From: the human T2T-CHM13v2.0 reference genome, Homo sapiens
DNA: 64,000 nucleotides
NCBI RefSeq assembly: GCF_009914755.1
Contig: NC_060944.1
Direction: 5' to 3' (one strand)
The notes beneath the pieces were generated by a model. That model had not been told where the DNA came from, did not search any database, and saw only the letters and a program-made list of their open reading frames with translations. Numbering within the stretch: position 1 is the first letter of the stretch; the number at the start of each line of letters is the position of its first letter. Shown here piece by piece: positions 1 through 22,800 of this stretch. The position numbers and the translations under genes were made by a program.

Positions 1-329
1 TCTAGATCTTGAATTCCTAAACATCTGTCCGGGTCCCTGAATGTAGAAGTTTACCAGGTTAACGCAAATTGGACCTTAGCTACAGATTCTTACCTAATGT
101 CTCATCCTGGAGAGTTGCAATAAAACAGAGTAATCCAGAAAGTGTCCTTCTCTGTCTTTAGCTCAAAATTTAGCTCAAGGCTCTGCCATATGGTCTTACT
201 CTTGGAACTTATCCCTTACCCCAAATTCCTAGGCACCTTTGGCTGTCCAAAGATTGGCATGCCCTCTGAGCAGGAGGAAACTATTCCTGCTCCCAAGCAA
301 ATGGAAGAGGAAAATAAAAGGCCCAAGAT

Positions 330-550
330 TTAGTGAGAACTTATTATGTGCAAGGTCTTGTCCTAAGCATTTTACTTCATTTTGTCCCAACAACAGCTCC
401 AGGAGATAGGAACTAGTGTGCCCCTTCGCCAGAAGAGGAAACTAAGTCACAGAGAGTTTAAGTGACTTGCCCTAAATGGCACAGATAGCTAGTTCAGTAA
501 CAGGACTTTGAACCTGCAATGCCTGGCTTCAGGTACCGTGCTTCCCCATA
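330..550 (+). mobile_element. MIR SINE fragment
   Basis: MIR core-like gaggaaactaagtcacagagagtttaagtgacttgccc...ggactttgaacc. Confidence 0.7.
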
Positions 551-961
551 GTGGAAAGAGATTGCTGCATTACGAAAAGCTTCACTTTACCCTTCCCACA
601 CAGAACCAACCTCTTTAACAGGGAAGGTGTGGTGAAGAAAGAGCTTTGTGTGCCCTCTTGTGGTTAAAATGTGTAATGAACCCAGTCCCAGCAGGTTCAT
701 CCAGGTTCAAATAAAGGTTATCCTAGGTTGCACTCGGCTAGCGAGAAATGGCTCCGGCTTTACAGAGAGTTGCAGCTCAGGGGCCAATGCCAATCACATC
801 TGAAGTTGAACAGTATCCATACCTTCTGTTGACACAACGATCTGGAGGACACAGTCCAAAGGCAAGGTACAGCAATCATCACAGTAATGGCAGCCACTAA
901 CCCTTCAGCCCAGTTCCCAAAGTACTTCCTGTCAGTTCTCTCATTTCCCCCCACTAGAATA

Positions 962-1098
962 CTATGAGGCATCTTCAAAATGGAAGCATTGGTCTGGACT
1001 ATAAACTCCATATACCTTTCAACCTTTAAGGCCTTCTTCATTCTTTACATTATGGTGAAAATCATGCACTCTCTACCTATGACTGCAGAAGATGCCAC
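962..1098 (-). pseudogene. Possible relic beta-defensin exon 2
   Basis: Acceptor ccatgtctttgctctctaag|GT GGC ATC TTC resembles the DEFB116 acceptor ccatgtctttcccag|GT GGC CTG TTC; broken fragments follow (ECM.., CKE.., LKG/ERYMEF, PDQCF). Confidence 0.3.
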
Positions 1099-1328
1099 CT
1101 TAGAGAGCAAAGACATGGAAGATGAAGAGAGAGACTGGGAAATAGGAAATGTATACCTCAATCTGGGTACTCAAACCATAACCCTAAAATACACCTTCTG
1201 TTCCTCCTTGCTTCCCCATACGCATATATCATGTTAGCCACGCAGACTTTCCAAGTCTGCTTCTATAGCACCTGCCCTTCATCTCTGCCTCTAGTCTTCC
1301 AGTTCAGCCATCATCTTTCCTTGTCCAT

Positions 1329-1740
1329 TGCTGTGGAATGAATTTTGTGCCCCACCCCCCCAAAAATTGTGTGTTGAAGTCAGAACCTCCAGTGCTTCAA
1401 AATGTGACTGCATTTGGAGACAGAGTCTTGAAAGAGGTGACTGAGTTTAAATGAAGTCATTAGGACAGATACAAATTCGATCGGACTACTGTTCTTATAA
1501 GAAGAAATTAGGACAGAATTATTTTACAAATAATTATGACCCACAGCAAGAAGACCACGTTAAGATCCAAGGAGATCATGACCATCTACAAGACAAAGAG
1601 AGAAGACTCAGAAGAAATCAACCCTACTGACACCTTGATCTCAGATTTTTAGCCTCCTGAATTGTGAGAAAATAAATTTGTATTGTTTAAGCCACCTGAT
1701 CTGCGACACTTTGTTGTGACAGCCCTGGCAGACTGATACA
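1329..1740 (+). mobile_element. MaLR solo LTR (MLT1A/B-like)
   Basis: Starts TG (tgctgtggaatgaatt...), contains ccttgatctcagatttttagcctcctgaattgtgagaaaataaatt, ends ...ctgataca. Confidence 0.85.
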
Positions 1741-3180
1741 GACATACCATAACATCAGCATCCTAGTCATCTCTTTTTCTCTCATTAGGACTTCGACTCA
1801 CTCCAGGCTTTTCATACAGTTGCCAGAAGAACATCTCTACAATCCAAATATGAAACTTTTTTCTTTCCAAATTGTCCAAAAGCTACATAACCCTTTCAGG
1901 AATCAATTCTCAACTCCCTTTATGATAATCCCTGCCTGCCTCAGTAGTTTTATATCCAGTTCCTCCTCCCTTTCAATTCCCACCTTGGACCTCCCAAAAC
2001 AACCTTATTCTTGGAAATTAATTAATCTAATTTCTTGCCCTTCTTTTTATAGACTGCCCCTTCTGCCTGAAAGTTTCTTATTGCAAACCAGATTACTCCA
2101 TCCCCTTCTGAAAAGAGGTTAAGTGGGGAAGAAAAGTCATCCTAAGAATATTTATTAATTTAAAAACTCATTGGTGAAATAAGTCTCCACTCAAACATCC
2201 CAATTTCTTAGAATCTGTGCCTCTCCCAAACCCAGCAGGTCAATGTCTTCCATGGACTAATTGTGAACATGCAAAAATGCATGGCAAATTGTCGTCAAGT
2301 GACATTTAAACCTTCTTGAATATGCGGGATTTTCTCTAGATATTGATAGTCATGTTATAAAATTAAACTGTTAATATGCAAAGTCATTAATAAATGAGGA
2401 TCAGTAAGAATTACATTAGTTGAAAATTAAAAAGAAAATTGACAAGAATGATGATATAAGAAGTAATTTTTTAAAACACTTCTTAACTAACAAAGCGTAA
2501 GGAAAAGCCCAGAGAAAAACTGATTGGAACCTAGAATATTTTTGCAAATAACTGTGATTTTGCTACATTTTAAAAAGGCAAACCTACAGTAAAGTATTTT
2601 TTTTATTTTCATGCTTCTAACTAGAATTATTTTCATTTTGGCCAAAAAACTCCACTTATAAAGAATATTATAAGTGATAACTGTTTGGTACATCTAAATG
2701 AATATTGACTAAAAAAAACAATTATAATAATAAATAATATCTTAGGGCATTATAATATTTATATAATTAATATGCATAACAATAATAGCATAAAAGGTTG
2801 AACAGAGGTTAATGGACAACTAATATTTTGTTGATTTCCAGACACATTGTATAAAATATTGTAGAGCTTCCAATGATATTATCTTCATCCAGAGAGGGTC
2901 CACCCTTTCCCTTGGTAGGCTGATATAGTAGAATTTAGTTGCTACAATTCAATCATAAAGCAAACTGATTCAAAGTTAGCTTCTAGTTTTGATAAGGCAT
3001 TGTCTACCTCTTGATCTTTTGTCGGTGTAGCCATGCCTTCTACATATAGAACCAGCTTATACTCATTTCAGAAGCATTAACTCTCTAGCATTGAATATCT
3101 CATAAAACTCATACTTATCCAGTAAGTTTTTAGATGCAATATGTGGTTGTACTTAAGAGCCTATTCTTTGGAGCCAGAAA

Positions 3181-8817
<5,637 letters not shown>

Positions 8818-9057
8818 TGGAGCCAGAAAAGTTTATTCCACTTCCCTGTTCTGCCACTCTTTTGGGGAGGACATCAAAACTTTCTGAGCATCAGATTCCT
8901 TTTCCATAAAGTGGATATTATTTAATACTACCTTTCTCAGTATATTGTAAGGTCAAAATAAGATAAAGTACACAACCATTTACTATGTTACCATGTTCTT
9001 TACATGTAACATATGTAAATAAGTTATTGTGTTTATAAGAATAAGAATAGGAGATAC

Positions 9058-9236
9058 AATGAAATGTGGGGACTTAAGGGGAAGTGTGAGAAGGGGGCGA
9101 GGGATAAAACACTACAAATAAAGTACAGGGTATACTGCTCGGGTGACTGGTGCACCAAAATCTCACAAAACACCACTAAAGAACTTACTCATGGAACCAA
9201 ATACCACCTGTACTCCAATAACCTATGGAAAAAAAA
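9058..9236 (+). mobile_element. 5'-truncated L1PB 3' end
   Basis: L1PB-type 3' UTR, poly(A), and a perfect 21-bp TSD aagaataagaataggagatac (9037-9057 / 9237-9257). Confidence 0.88.
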
Positions 9237-9329
9237 AAGAATAAGAATAGGAGATACCAGCCTTCATACCCTACCAAAAAAGATCTCTCTCTCTTTCTCT
9301 CTTTCTCTATCTATCCAGCTAGCTATCCT

Positions 9330-11775
<2,446 letters not shown>

Positions 11776-11779
11776 GATC

Positions 11780-13946
11780 ATGATGGCTGACTAGAAGCAT
11801 CCAGAACTTACCACTTTTACAGAGAAGGACTAAACAGTATTAGGTTGGTGCAAAAGTAAATGTGGTTTGGGGCGTTAAAGGTAATGATAGAAAACTTCAA
11901 TTACCTATGAACCAACATAATAGATAACCACATATCAAATAAAGTGTCTAGAAGAGAATGCTGGAATCCAGCAGAGAAGCAACAGGGACTCTGAGGCACA
12001 AAAGCTCAAGATGGCAGCATAGAGAAGGAATCAAGGCAGCCAGCTGAATCAGCTCAGAGCCAGGAGGAACTCCGCATTGTTGGGAAAAAGGTAACTGAAA
12101 GATACGTATCAGTCCACACTCCCACCAGAAATGCCTGAAGTTCTAACTGCAGAAAAGCTCCTAGACCCTCACATGTCCTGAGCCTAGTCTGGAAAGCTGC
12201 CTGGAATCCACGTGACTGCATTTGTTCCAGGGAGAGAATTTGCACAGGGGCCCATCCCTGGAATGCAGGCTGCTATAGTATGGTGCCATTTTGAGAGCAA
12301 ATACAACAACAGACTATATCCCGCCATGGAGACCAATAGCTCCTGCATCTCCACAACCCTGAGACCTCACCAATATCCACCCACACCCACTCAAAGGGCT
12401 GCAGCATCATAGTGCTGGCTAAGCCCAGTGGCACAACCACACTGCCAGCATCTGAGACCACACAACATCCCACACCCCAGGGAACAGATGGTCCAACACA
12501 ACCGGTATACTGGCTCAAGGACATAGAGAACCAAAGTGTGAGCTCCCCAGAGCCTGAGAGCAACCTTCCTGGACCTGCTGCCACCAACAGCAACCTCACT
12601 CCTCTCCAGCAGTGGGGCCATGAAACACCGTAAATACCACCCAAGGGCCCAGAGACTTACCTGCCCAACCCACTACAGAAACCACCAGCTCCCAACTACT
12701 CCACTCAGGAAATGAAACCAGTCCACTCACCCAACTAGAGATATTGCCAGCACTTGGGTGCCCACCTGGGGGCCCAAGGAGGAACTGCCCAGCCAGCATT
12801 TACACTCTGCTTGAGTAACCAAGGACCATCCCACTCAGGGCATTACACTGCCACTGCTGGTGCCTGTGCATCCGACCTGGGGCCCAAAGACTAGCCCACA
12901 TGAAGCACATAACCATCACCACCAGTGCCTGCACATTCAACATAGGGGCCTATGAACCAGCCCATCCAGCACATCTGAAACTGCCAAAGCCTCACCACAG
13001 CTTCCACAAATAACTGCACCCTAAGATGCCAAGGAGTTCGCAGACATCACTAATGTTAATGACAGCCAAAGTAATCATATGGAGACCACACTACAGTGTC
13101 CACCCAAAATCAAAGCCAAAGCACCCTACCCAACTTACATTATAGATACTTCTACAGGGAAATGTTTTTCCTTACAAAAGTTACTCCATAAAATTGAAAG
13201 AAATGTCAGTTACACCATATGTACAGATATCAATGTAAGGACACAAGAAACATGAAAAAGCAAGGAAAGACAACACCTCCAAATGAACAAAATAATTCTT
13301 CAGTAATAGACCTCCCCATAAAAAGAAATCTATGAAATGCCTGGAAAGTAATTCAAAATAATGATTGTAAGGAAACACAGAGATACAAGAGAACACAGAT
13401 AAACATTACAAATCAAGAAAACAATTCACTATCTGAATGAGAAATTCAACAAAGAGATGCATATCATAAAAAGAAGAAGCAAACAGAAATCCTGGAACTG
13501 AATAACACAATGAATAAAAGCAAAAATACAATGTAGAGCTTCTAATATAAACTAGATTAAGCAGAAGAATCTTTCTGAACTTGAAAACTGAGCTTTTGAA
13601 GTAACCCAGTCAGATGAAAAAAAAAGGAAGAAAAGAAAAAAAGAAAGAAGACATATAAGATACCAAAGCAAAAAAAAAAAAATTCAAATTTTAAAAGTTC
13701 CAGAAGAGAGGAAAAGTCAAAGAAAATGTATTTAATGAAATATTAGCTGAAAACTTCCCAATTCTTGCCAGAGATATAGACATCCAGACACAGGAAACTC
13801 AACGATCCCTAAACACAGTCAATCCATAAATGTCCTCTCTGAGGCAGATTATAGTCAAATTGTCAAAAGTTAAAGACAAAGAATTCTAAACATAGGAAAA
13901 GTGTCAAGTCACATGTAAGAAAATCCTCATTAGCATAACAGCAGAT
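11780..13946 (+). mobile_element. Second old L1M 5' UTR and ORF1 remnant
   Basis: Starts gatggctgactagaagca; degenerate ORF1 (IIAENFP, IRITAD-like) up to the Alu. Confidence 0.75.
11840..11920. mobile_element. MADE1 (Hsmar1 mariner-derived MITE)
   Basis: ~80-bp imperfect palindrome ttaggttggtgcaaaagtaa...ttacctatgaaccaacataa, flanked by TA. Confidence 0.88.
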
Positions 13947-14187
13947 GGCACCAGAGTGGCTCATGCCTGTAATCCCAGCACTTTGGGAGGCTGAGGCAGG
14001 TGGATCACTTGAGGTCAGGAGTTCGAGACCAGCCTGGCCAACATGGTGAAACCCCGTTTCTACTAAAAATACAAAAATTAGCCAGGTGTGGTGGTGCACA
14101 CCTGTAATCCCAGCTACTCGGGAGGCTGAGGCAGGAGAATTGCTTGAACCCGGGTGGTGGGGGTTCCAGTGAGCTGAGACTGTGCCA
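13947..14187 (+). mobile_element. AluS lacking its 3' end and tail, abutting the DKKL1 retrocopy
   Basis: Alu consensus up to gagctgagactgtgcca, then stops abruptly. Confidence 0.92.
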
Positions 14188-14193
14188 AACAGT

Positions 14194-15141
<948 letters not shown>

Positions 15142-15224
15142 TGATTAGAAAGACAGAAATGTATTTTATTACCTGCGTTTTATATAATTAAGTAGTATCT
15201 CCTTTAGACAGTGGGGGGGGAAAA

Positions 15225-18200
15225 GTATAGAAGCTTTTTAGTTTTACATAATCCCATTTGTCTATTTTTGCTTTTGTTGCTTATACTTTGAGGTCGTATC
15301 AAAAAATCATTTCCTTACCAAGGTCATGAAGTTTTTCCCCTATGATTTCTTCTGATTGTTTTAGCTTCAGGTCTCATATTTAAGTTTTTAATCCATTTTG
15401 AGTTGATTTTGAATATGGTGTGAGATGAGGGTCTACTTTCATTCTTCTGTATGTGCATGTCCACTTCTCCCAACAACAGACTTCCTTTACTTATTGTGTG
15501 CTCTTTGTATCTTTATCAAAAATAAATTAACCTTAAATGTGTAAGTTTCTTTCTGGGCTCTTAATTCTGTGCTATTGTTCTATGTGTCTATTTTTATGCC
15601 AGTATCATGCTATTATGATTATTACAGCTTTGTAATATATTTTGAAGTCTGGTAGTATATGCCTCTGGCTTTGATCTTTTTGCTCAAGTCTGCTTTGGCT
15701 ATTCAGGTTTTCTTGACCCTGAATATTTAATTGTTTTTTTCTATTTAAATTGTTTTTTCTATTTCTGGGAAAAACATCACTGGAATTTTGATAGGGATTG
15801 CATTGAATCTGTAGATCACTTTGGATAGTATAAAAATTTTAACAATATTAAATCTTCCAATTCATAAACACAGATATCTTTTCATTTATTTGTGTCTTCT
15901 TCAATTTATTTTATCAATGTTTTATAGTTTTTAGTGTACAAATCTTTCACCTCCTTGATTAAACTTATTCTTAAGAATTTTATTTTTTGTACCTATTGTG
16001 AATGGGGTAGTTTTTTTCCTGCAAAGTTTGTTGTTAAGGTGTAGAAACACTACGGATTTGTGTATGTTGATTTTGTATCCTGCCACTTTAATAAATTTGT
16101 TTATTACTTGTAATTTTTGTGTGTAGTCTTTAGAGTTTTCTGTATATAAGATCATATCATATGCAAACAGTGACCATTTTACTTCTTTCTTTCTGCTTTG
16201 GATGCTTCTTATCTCCTTTTCTAGCCTAACTGCTCTGGCTAGGACTTTCAGGACTATAGTGGATAGAAGTGGCAAGAACGGGCATTCTTGTTTTGTTCTC
16301 GATCTTAGAGGAAAAGTATTCAACTTTTCACCATTCAGTATGACGTAAGCTGTGGTTTATCATATAAAGCCTTTATTGTGTTGAGGTACATTCCTTCTAC
16401 ACCTAGTTTGTTGACAGTTTTTAATCAGAAAGGACGATTAATTTTATCAAATGCTTTCTCTGCCTCTATTAAGATGATCTTATGGTTTGTGTTCTGCACA
16501 TTTTTAATGTGGCATATCACATTTATTGATTTGCACATATTAAGCCACTCTTGCATTCTTGGAAAAAAATCTCATTTGGTCATGGTAAATAATACTTTTA
16601 ATGTGCTGCTGAATTCATATTTCTAGTATTTTGTTGAGGATGTTTGCATCAATGTTCATAAGAAATATTGACCTGTAGTTTTCTTTTTCTGCAATGTTCT
16701 ACCATTTCTTTAAATAAGAAGATTACCCCTTTGATGCTTTCTTCCCCTTATTGATATTCTATAGCTTCAATATTTGTTCTTTTGATGTTGTCCTATAAAT
16801 CCCATTAGCTTTCTTCATTCCTTTCTTATTCTTTTTTCATTTTTCTCCTCTGCCTATATATTTTGATATAATCTGTCTTTGACTCCACAGATTCTTTTTT
16901 CTCTTTGATCAATTTTCCTGTTGATGCTCTCTGTTGCATTTGTTCATTGCATATATTTCTAGTTGATTTTTTAAGTAATTTCTATTTGATTTTTAAAATA
17001 ATTTCAATTTCTCTGTTAAATTTCTAATTTTGGTCATTTAATGGTTTTCTGATACCACCCAAATGTTTCTCTTTATTTTCTTAAAGTTCACTGAGCTTCC
17101 CTAAAACAATAATTTATAAATAATTATAAATTCTTTGTGAGGCATTTTGTATATCTGCAGTTATTTGGGGTCAGCTATTGGAAGATTACTGTGTTGTTTT
17201 TTGTTTTTTGTTTTGTTTTTTTTTTGGTGGCGTTATGTATATCTCCTTGGTTTTTCATGTTTCCTGATGTTCCTTATGTTAATGTCTATATACAAGACAT
17301 TCTAAGCATGGTGTCTGGCATGGTCCGTGAATGGGCTTGCATTGAATTCCTCAGGCAAGCTGGGTTGGTGTCTGGGTCAGCGTATCAAAGGGCCTGGCAC
17401 ATGGACCCACAGGGTTGGGCCTGGAGCCTGGATCCAGTGGGATAGACTTGTTGATTGCGTTCATGGAGGTGGGCCTGGAGCCTGGGTCCCCAAGGCTGAG
17501 ACTGGAGTCTGTATCCATGGGGCTGGCCTGAAGCCTAAGTCCGAGGGGGTTGATCTAGTACTGGGGTGGGCCTTGAGCCTGGGTCTGCAGGAGCCAGCCA
17601 CTTTCTGTGATGGGCCAGTCACATGGGTCCACTGGGATGGGCGCGGGGCCTGAGTTCAGTAGGGTTGGCCTGCTGTGGTTTCAATGATGGTGTCCCCTCC
17701 AAGATTTATGTTAAAACTTAACACCCAATGCTATAGGATTAAGGGGTGCCACCTTTGAGAGATTATTAAGTCATGAGGGTGGAGCCCTCATGAATGGGAT
17801 TAGCAACCTTATAAAGGTGTTTGTGACTGAAGAGAATTCTCTCTTGCCCTTTGGTTTCTTCTGGCATGTGAGGGTACAGTATTTCTCCCCTGCAGAGGAC
17901 ATAGCACTGAGGGATCATCTTGAAAGCAGACAGCAGCCCTCTCTAGACCCCAAATTAGCCAATGCCTTGATCTTGAATTTCCCAGCCTCCAGACCATGAT
18001 AAATAAATTTCTTTTGTATATAAATTACCCAGTCTGCAGTATTTTATCTTAGCAGCACAAACTAAGATAGGGTCTGGGTCCTAGATCTACAGGGGTGAAC
18101 TTGCAGCCTCAGTCCACAGGGGCCAGCCTGCTACTGAGGTCTACTGGGCAGACCCGAACTAGACCTTGGGTCTGCTGGAGTGTGGGCCACAGAGGCTAGT

Positions 18201-19195
18201 TAGGAGTATGTGTGGGGCCACAGAGACAGGCCTGTCACTCGGCAGGCCTGAGGACAGTGTCCATGTTTACTGGTCTGGTGCCTGAGGCCAGGGTTTCCAG
18301 TCCAGCACCAGGATGGGCCCAAAGCCTGGGAGTGTGTGGGCCAATCTTGCTCAGGGTTGGTCTGAAACCTGGGACAGTCCTGGAGTCTGGGGCTGCAGGA
18401 GCTGACCTGTCACTGGGTAGGCCTTGAGCCTGTATCCACAGGGACCGATCTGATGAGTAGGGCTGCTGGGGCTAGCCTGGTGCTGGGGCAATTATGAAGC
18501 CTGGGGCAGTGGGGGCCAGCCCAGTGTTATGGGAAGTACAGAGTCTGGTCTGCTGGGGTCATCCTGGTACTGGGGTGACCAAGTCCACTGGGCATTCTTG
18601 GAGTCTGGGACTGCAAGCACCAACCTGGAGCTTCAGTCTATGGGAGCTGTCCAGTCACTGAGGCAGGTCTGATGCTCAGGGTCATTAAGTTAGCCCAGCA
18701 CTGGGGTTGGCCTGGAGCTTGCACTGCTGGGGTCAGCCTAGTAGTGGGAAGGCCTGGAGACCAAGTCTGCAGGGGCTGTGGGATTCCATGTGGTGCTGGG
18801 AAAGAACTGGAGGCTTAGTCTACAGGTACCGGCCAGGAGTCCGGGTCTGTAGGGGCCTGCCCTGCACTGGGTTTTATTGAGGTGGGCCTGGTGTTGGGGT
18901 TCAAGGCAAAGGCTTGTGCTTACTTTCCTCTCCTTCCCCCAAGCAGAAGATACATCTCTTCTAGGTGTTCTGCCTGGGACTGGGAGAGGGATGAGGTGGG
19001 TAATGTAAAATGATTCTTCTTACTTTCTTCAATGCATATTTTCTTATTTCTGTGCTGCCCAGGTGCTGTAGTCTCTCACCTGGTTTCCTTGGCTCCTTTA
19101 AAGCTATTTTTGTATGTGAATAATTGTTCAAATTGATGTTTCCACAGTGGGATGAGCACTGCAATGTTCTGTTTTACCATCTTGTTGATGTCAGT
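15225..19195 (-). mobile_element. Old L1M (ORF2, ORF1 and GC-rich repetitive 5' UTR pieces)
   Basis: ORF 15931-16323 matches L1 RT (FPLRS..SLFAYDMILY); ORF1-like sequence 16750-17280; 5' UTR with short ggcctggagcctgg-like repeats. Confidence 0.8.
17671..18069 (+). mobile_element. MaLR solo LTR (MST-like) inserted in L1M 5' UTR
   Basis: tgctgtggtttcaatg...catgagggtggagccctcatgaatgggattag...ttacccagtctg...actaagata. Confidence 0.85.
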
Positions 19196-19199
19196 CCCA

Positions 19200-19860
<661 letters not shown>

Positions 19861-19864
19861 AGAC

Positions 19865-22800
19865 TCCTGCTACAAGATGGCCAACCGGATGAAGCCAGGA
19901 GGAACATATCCCACCGAGGTACCAGGACATCGGGAAGACTGGTGCACTCCTAGCAGCTCTGCAGGCGGAAGGCATTAAAGCAGACAGAGGAAAGACGCAG
20001 ATGCTAGGCTGAATGGAAAGGGAGCTGAGAACCCTGCACGGGGCTACTGCACTTCTGAACTCGTTCCTGGCCCCCAACAAATCCTGTGGAAGGGGTGAGT
20101 TAAACAGGCAAGGAGCCTCTCGCCACAGGCCTCTGGAATCCCAGCAGGAGACCCCTCAACCACCACAGACACTTGTGCTGGCAAGGAGAGCTGCTTAGAG
20201 AAGTGGTAGAGGCAGAACTTCAGCCGGTGTGGAGCCCAGAGGGTTTGGTGCAGGAGTATCTGTAATGGAGCATGACAAGGGACACCCATCCTCCTAGGCT
20301 CGACTTGCTCCCATATGAGACTTTAGCCCTAGGGGAACTTTTGGACCTAAACACTGTAGGGCATTCTTGCCCATGAGATGGGACCTGTTTGACCTGAGCA
20401 ACTCTCAGTCTGCTGGCCTCTCCCAGGGCCCCAACCTGGCCATGATTGAAAACACATTTTAAAAAATCCAAAATATCAATGAACCCAGGAGTTGGTTTTT
20501 TGAAAAAATTCATAAGATAGGCCATTATCTAGACTAACAAAGAAGAGAGACGATCCAAATAAACACAATTGGAAACAACAAAGAGAATATTACCATTGAC
20601 CCCACAGAAATACAACTGTCAGAGGCTACTATGACCTTGTTTATACACACAAACTAGAAAGTCTAGGTTGAGAATCTAGAAGAAATGGATAAATTCCTGG
20701 ACACACACACCCTCCCAAGATTGAATCAGGAAGAAATTGAATCCCCAAACAGACCAATAATGAACTCCGAAATTGAATCAGTAGTAAATAGCCTTCCAAC
20801 CAAAAAAAAGCCCATGATTAGACAGATTCACAGCAGAATTCTACCAGGTATATAAAGAAGAGCTGGTACCATTCCTACTGAAAGTATTACAAAAAAAAAT
20901 TGAGGAGAAGGGACTCCTCTTCAACTTATACTATGAGGCCAGCATCATCCTGATACTAAAAGCTAGCAGAGATACAATAAAAAAATAAAACTTCAGGCCA
21001 ATATCCTTGATGAACATTGATGCAAAAATCCTCAACAAAATACTGGCAAGCCAAATCCAGCAGCACATCAAAAAGCTTACACACCATGGTCAAATAAGCT
21101 TTATCCCTGGGATGCAAGCTTGGTTCAACATATGCAAATTAATAAACATGATTCATCACATAAACAGAACCAAAAACAAAAACCACATGATCATCTCAAT
21201 AGGTGGTGATGATCAAAGCAGAAAAGGCTTTTGATAAAATTTAACATCCCTTCATTTTAAAAACTGAAAAAAATAGGTACAGAGGAACATACCTCAAAAT
21301 AAGAGCTATCTATGACAAACCTACAGCCAACATCACACTGAATGGGCAAAAGCTGGAAACATTTACCTTGAAAAAGGAAAGGACAAGTATGCTCTCTGTC
21401 ACTACTGCTATTCAACATATTACTGGAAGTCCTATCCAGAGGAATTGAACCAGAGAAAAAAATAAAGGGCATCCAAATAGGAAGAGAGGAAGTCAAACTA
21501 TTCCTGTTTGCAGATAACATGATTCTGTATCTAGAAAACCCCCTAGTCTCGGCCCAAAAGATTCTTAAGCTGATACACAACTTCAGCAGAGTTTCAAGAT
21601 ACAAAATCAACATACAAAAATCACTAACATTCTTATATACTAACAACAGCCAGGTGGAAGCCACATCAGGAACACAATTCCATTTACAATTGCCACAAAA
21701 AGAATAAAATACCTAAGAATACAGCTAACCATGGAGGTGAAAGATCTCTACAATGAGAATTACAAAACACTGTTACTCAAAGAAACCAGAGAGGACACAA
21801 ACAAATGGAAAGCATTTCATGCTCATAGATAGAAAGAATCAATATCATTAAAATGGCCATTCTTGCCCAAAGCAATTTACAGATTCAATGCTATTCCTAT
21901 CAAGCTACCAATGACATTCTTCACAGAATTAGAAAAACATACTATTTTAAAATTCATGTGGAACAAAAAGCCCCAATAGCCAAAGCAATCCTAAGCAAAA
22001 AGAACAAAACAAGAGGCATCATGCTACTCAAATTCAAATTATTCCACAGGGCTACAGTAACCAAAACATCATGGTACTAGTACAAAAACGGATACATAGA
22101 CCAATGCAACAGAACAGAGAGGCCAGAAATAAGGCCACACACCTACAACCATCTGATCTTCGACAAAGCTGACAAAAACAAGCAATGGGGAAAGGACTCC
22201 CTATTCAATAAATGGTACTAAGATAATTAGCTAGCCATATGCCGAAGATTGAAACTGGACCCTTTCCTTATACCATATGCAAAAATCAACTCAAGATGGA
22301 TTATAGACTTAAATGTAAAACCGTAAAACCCCAAACTATAAAAACCCTGGAAGACAACCTAGGCAATACCATTCTGGACATAAGAATCAGCAAAGATTTC
22401 ATGAAGAAGATGCCAAAAGCAATTGCAACAAAAGCAAAAATTGACAAATGGATCTAATTAAACTAAAGCGCTTCTACACAGCAAAAGAAACTATCAACAG
22501 AGTAAACAGACAACTTACTGACATGTTTTGGATCTGTGTCGCCATCCAAATCTCATGTTCAACTTTAATCCCCAATGTTGGAGGTGGTGCCTGATGGCAG
22601 ATGATAGGATCATGGGGGTGGATCCTTCAAGATGGTTTTGCACCATCCCCTTGATGTTCTCACGAGCTCTGGTTGTTTAAAAGTGTGTGGCACCTTTCCC
22701 CACTTGTTCTCTCTCTCTTGCTCCTGCTCCCATCATGTGAGATGTCTTGCTCCCCCTTTGCCTTCCACCATGATTGAAAGCTTCCTGAGGCCTCCCCAGA

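Noticed and set aside
1-330. Possible DEFB115 coding sequence at the window start
   Set aside because: No defensin motif here; DEFB115 is expected just upstream, outside the window.
760-1041. 93-aa ORF with a hydrophobic stretch and cysteines
   Set aside because: No recognisable family or intact defensin spacing in that frame; only the overlapping relic-exon idea is kept, at low confidence.
20430-20460. 5' UTR-to-ORF2 jump in the second L1PA as another spliced L1
   Set aside because: I could not place the breakpoints on GT/AG sites; treated as an ordinary internal deletion.
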